64,000 nucleotides of DNA. Source: Eledone cirrhosa (Eukaryota). How positions within the stretch are numbered: position 1 is the first letter of the stretch; every line of letters starts with the position of its first letter. The position numbers and the translations under genes were made by a program. The DNA is taken from positions 376,650,001-376,714,000 of the forward strand of contig OZ024743.1 in the NCBI GenBank assembly GCA_964016885.1, read 5' to 3'. The notes below the pieces were generated by a model. The model ran no database searches, was not told the DNA's origin, and was given only the letters and a program-made list of their open reading frames with translations. Below are positions 60,405 through 64,000 of this stretch, piece by piece.

Positions 60405-61543
60405 ATTGTTATTATTAATGTTGTTGTTATTATTGTTCTTTCGTCCTGTATTAACTAAACATTAACTTGTTATCTGTGTCTAACCTGAGGCACAGAAGCT
60501 TAGCAGCGTGTACACCGTCACCAACACAACGAACACCAGCTACACCAGCTCTTCCCACCCAACTTTACAAGATCTTCCTTTCCACCACTTCTTGCTTTTT
60601 GCCGCTGCCACCACTCTAAAATCACTACCAAAAATCGCCACAATCATCATCGCAACCATCCTCACAACCCCCCCCACCACCACCACCACCATTAGCACCA
60701 AAACCACAACTACCATCACTACTACCACCACTACTACCACCTTCATCACCACCACCATCAGCATCACCAACATCACAACCACAGCCACCATCAACACCAA
60801 TAACATCAACATCATCCCACCATAAACCACAACCACGGCCACTTAGCCAGATACTCTCACATAGAGAGAGACTTACATACATTCACACACACACACACAC
60901 ACACACATACCACACATACACACATATACACACTCATACGCACACACAAATACATACACACGCATAATCTTACATACTCACACACCGACATACTCCTACG
61001 CTCTAACACACACGCATTTACATACACACATATACACCCACACATACACACATACACACACACCTATATATATATATATATATACACACACATATACACG
61101 CACATACACATACACGCACACACATCAATATATACACACACATGCACACACAGTCTTTCTCTTCTATAGCTGCCAGCAATTGCCTCAACAACGTTTTAAG
61201 CAAGGACCCACTACATTATGCTACCATTTCTTATTCTCTCTACTTTTCTCTCTCTCTACCCTCCCCCTCTCTCTCCCTCTCTTCTTTGTCTATCCTACCT
61301 TCTCTTTCCTTATTGCTGTCGATCTTTAATGGAACATCAAGCCAGTAAGATGGAGTCATTATGCCACATAGAATCTTGTTGTGCAATGTATAATGTATCA
61401 TGACAGCAGCCGGTATTACTGTTTTTAACACTTCTTTTTCTAGTTTGGAGAGTTAAAGGCTGCTGGCCTGGGTTTTTTTTCTTTTTTCTTTATCTTCCTA
61501 TCAAACACATAGACGTGCACGTACACACACACACACACACACA

Positions 61544-61604
<61 letters not shown>

Positions 61605-61665
61605 ACACACACATATATATATATATACAGACACACGTATATATATATATATATGTATATATATG

Positions 61666-61769
<104 letters not shown>

Positions 61770-62186
61770 TATATATATGCGTGTGTGTGTGTGTGCGTGT
61801 GTGTATAAATATATATATGTAGATATAAATATATAGAGAGAGGGAGAGAGAGAAAGGGTGAGGGTGAGAGATAGAGAGAGACAGATATACAGACACATAC
61901 ACACACATTTATATATGTGTGTATATGTAAAGAGAGAAGAGGCTGGGCGAAAAGGAGAGAGAAGGGAGGAAAGAAGGGGAGAGAGAAAATTTATTTTGAA
62001 TTTCTTTTCAATTTACTTTATATAAGCGGAAAGATGGATGTGGGATTAAGCTGTTCGCTTGGCAACTGTGGTTTCCGATCTCACTGTGTGGCACCTGCAA
62101 CTTTCTTTTACTCAAACCTCCGGTTGACAAATACTGTTAGAGCTAAATTTTAAATTTGGTTGATGGAACCTCTCGAGAAGTCCATC

Positions 62187-62263
<77 letters not shown>

Positions 62264-62453
62264 CACAGAGAGAAGTGTGTTACGCAGTGAGAAGTGTGTA
62301 AAAAATTATTACATGTGAGTTTAACCGTTACTGTATGGAGAACATTACCCACAGGTTAGCAATTAAATAGAAAATTCAGATGAAAATTCTCTGTTCTTCT
62401 TCGAGCTAATATTATTATTACTGTGAACTGCGGAATACTTTAATTCCGATCTT

Positions 62454-62489
<36 letters not shown>

Positions 62490-62898
62490 GGGGGGGGGGG
62501 GGGTGTACGTGCGTGTAAGTATGTACATGACTGTTCTTGTCTGTTTTTATTTCAGGCAAAAAAAGACATCGTTGAAAGATACCAGATTTGAATAAATAAG
62601 TATTGGGTTTCATAAAGTTTTGCTGCTTCAGGGCCGCAGTCTAATGATTAAACCCAGTTAAAGAATAAAAGAATTTGTACATGTTTTTTAATAAATAGGA
62701 ATAGGATTTTGATAATATACCCCAGAGATACTTTCACGAATGTAGAGTAAGTTCAAAATAAATTATATTACACTCCAAGGATTTCGTAGGTTACAAATTA
62801 AATATATATAAATAATTGAAAATATATATATATATATATATATATGAGAAACGTAAAATAAGAAAATTATAAAATTAACTTACTTACTAAAATATCAC

Positions 62899-62976
62899 TT
62901 CCAACTAATTAGTTTCTGGAATGGAGTAAATATATTTTCCGAAGAAGATACAGAAAAGCATTCCGTCGTCAGGGAA
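62899..62976 (-). ncRNA. Type I hammerhead ribozyme
   Basis: TTCC-CTGACGA-CGGAATG...CATTCCA-GAAA-CTAATTAG-TT-GGAA. Confidence 0.8.
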
Positions 62977-63420
62977 GTCTATTTTCATCCAAGTTACCAG
63001 GCAAAGCGAGGACGCTGGAAACTTATTAAAAAATAATTCAGTGGATAGGAAATAGCAAAGCGTGGACTGAATTCCTAGCCATTGAGAAAATCACTGCCTC
63101 TACGTCTGTGGCAAATTCAAAAAGAATCAATCACGTGACATCGAGGTCAATCAGTGGAAAGTGGTTTGCTAATAAGACAGCGGCCTACCTACTACCATAG
63201 CAGCAGTCATGGCCAATATTGCTCGACAAATAATTTGGAGATAATAATAAAGAATTTATATCTAGTAACATATATATACATACAGATGCATATCAATGCT
63301 AGCAGATATATAGGTTTTGTCTTAGTAACATTGTGGTTCAATGCATGGGGTTGCAGAACAATAATATGAGAAACATAAAATAAGAAAATTATAAAATTAA
63401 CTTACTTACTAAAATATCAC

Positions 63421-63498
63421 TTCCAACTAATTAGTTTCTGGAATGGAGTAAATATATTTTCCGAAGAAGATATAGAAAAGCATTCCGTCGTCAGGGAA
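63421..63498 (-). ncRNA. Type I hammerhead ribozyme (second tandem copy)
   Basis: Same motif as 62899-62976. Confidence 0.8.
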
Positions 63499-63547
63499 TT
63501 TTGTATCATTGAAATTTTCTTTGCTTCTTGTATATATATATATATAT

Positions 63548-63846
63548 CTCTAACGATCGACTTTCGTCAAATCGGACCGAGGGAACAATGTTTCCGTTGG
63601 TCTTTCCAATTGCTAATACTATCTATCGGTCGCAACTCCAGGTAGAAGGAGGAACGTGAAATAAAGTGTCTTGCTCAAGGACATAACGCATCGCCTGGTC
63701 CAGGAATCGAACTGGCGTGTGGCTGAGTGGTTAGAGAATTGGATTCGCAATTGTAAGGTTGTGAGTTCGATTCCTGGACCAGGCGGTGCGTTATGTCCTT
63801 GAGCAAGACACTTTATTTCACGTTCCTCCTTCTACCTGGAGTTGCG

Positions 63847-63852
<6 letters not shown>
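63548..63852. mobile_element. Head-to-head fused pair of family S2 SINEs
   Basis: 63548-63713 (-) is 5'-truncated with a full 3' end; 63714-63852 (+) has a full tRNA head and stops ~75 nt short of the 3' end. Confidence 0.9.
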
Positions 63853-63883
<31 letters not shown>

Positions 63884-64000
63884 AGAAGCAAAGAAAATTT
63901 CAATGATACGAAAGATTTCTTGGTGGACGTTCAGGCGTACTCCAGGCTGGTATCCAGTTTCGGGGTGAAAATCCAATTAGAAAATCTCAAAATTTTGAGA

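Larger units (their letters stand above)
62844..63498 (-). mobile_element. Partial tandem (522-bp period) with 133-bp direct repeats, each carrying an HHR; retrozyme/PLE-like
   Basis: 62844-62976 and 63366-63498 are nearly identical; the interior is non-coding. Confidence 0.85.

Overview
AT-rich, microsatellite-saturated animal genomic DNA. The SINE complement and repeat style suggest a coleoid cephalopod, probably octopus (inference). I find no credible host-gene exon, and almost all listed ORFs are translations of (TA)n, (CA)n, (GA)n, (GATA)n and triplet repeats. The only real coding remnants are from transposons: a 5'-truncated Tx1/L1-type retrotransposon inside a (GATA)n tract (3099-4411), an RTE fragment, two CR1/L2-like 3' ends and a mariner deletion derivative. 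The most notable structure is non-coding. About 15 type-I hammerhead-ribozyme (HHR) motifs from many unrelated families occur in short inserts embedded in (TA)n tracts. Many of these inserts share one architecture: (TA)n - short inverted arm - long arm - unpaired 3' tail - (TA)n. This matches relics of Penelope-like elements (PLEs). Additional observations: (i) an ~11-copy family whose fold-back is centred on HHR stem II; (ii) a short TYGAGTRCT-like motif shared by the tails of unrelated families; (iii) a 522-bp unit bounded by two HHRs, resembling a retrozyme; (iv) a tRNA-derived SINE with the same PLE-style fold-back architecture. All structures were identified by eye and coordinates are approximate to a few bases.
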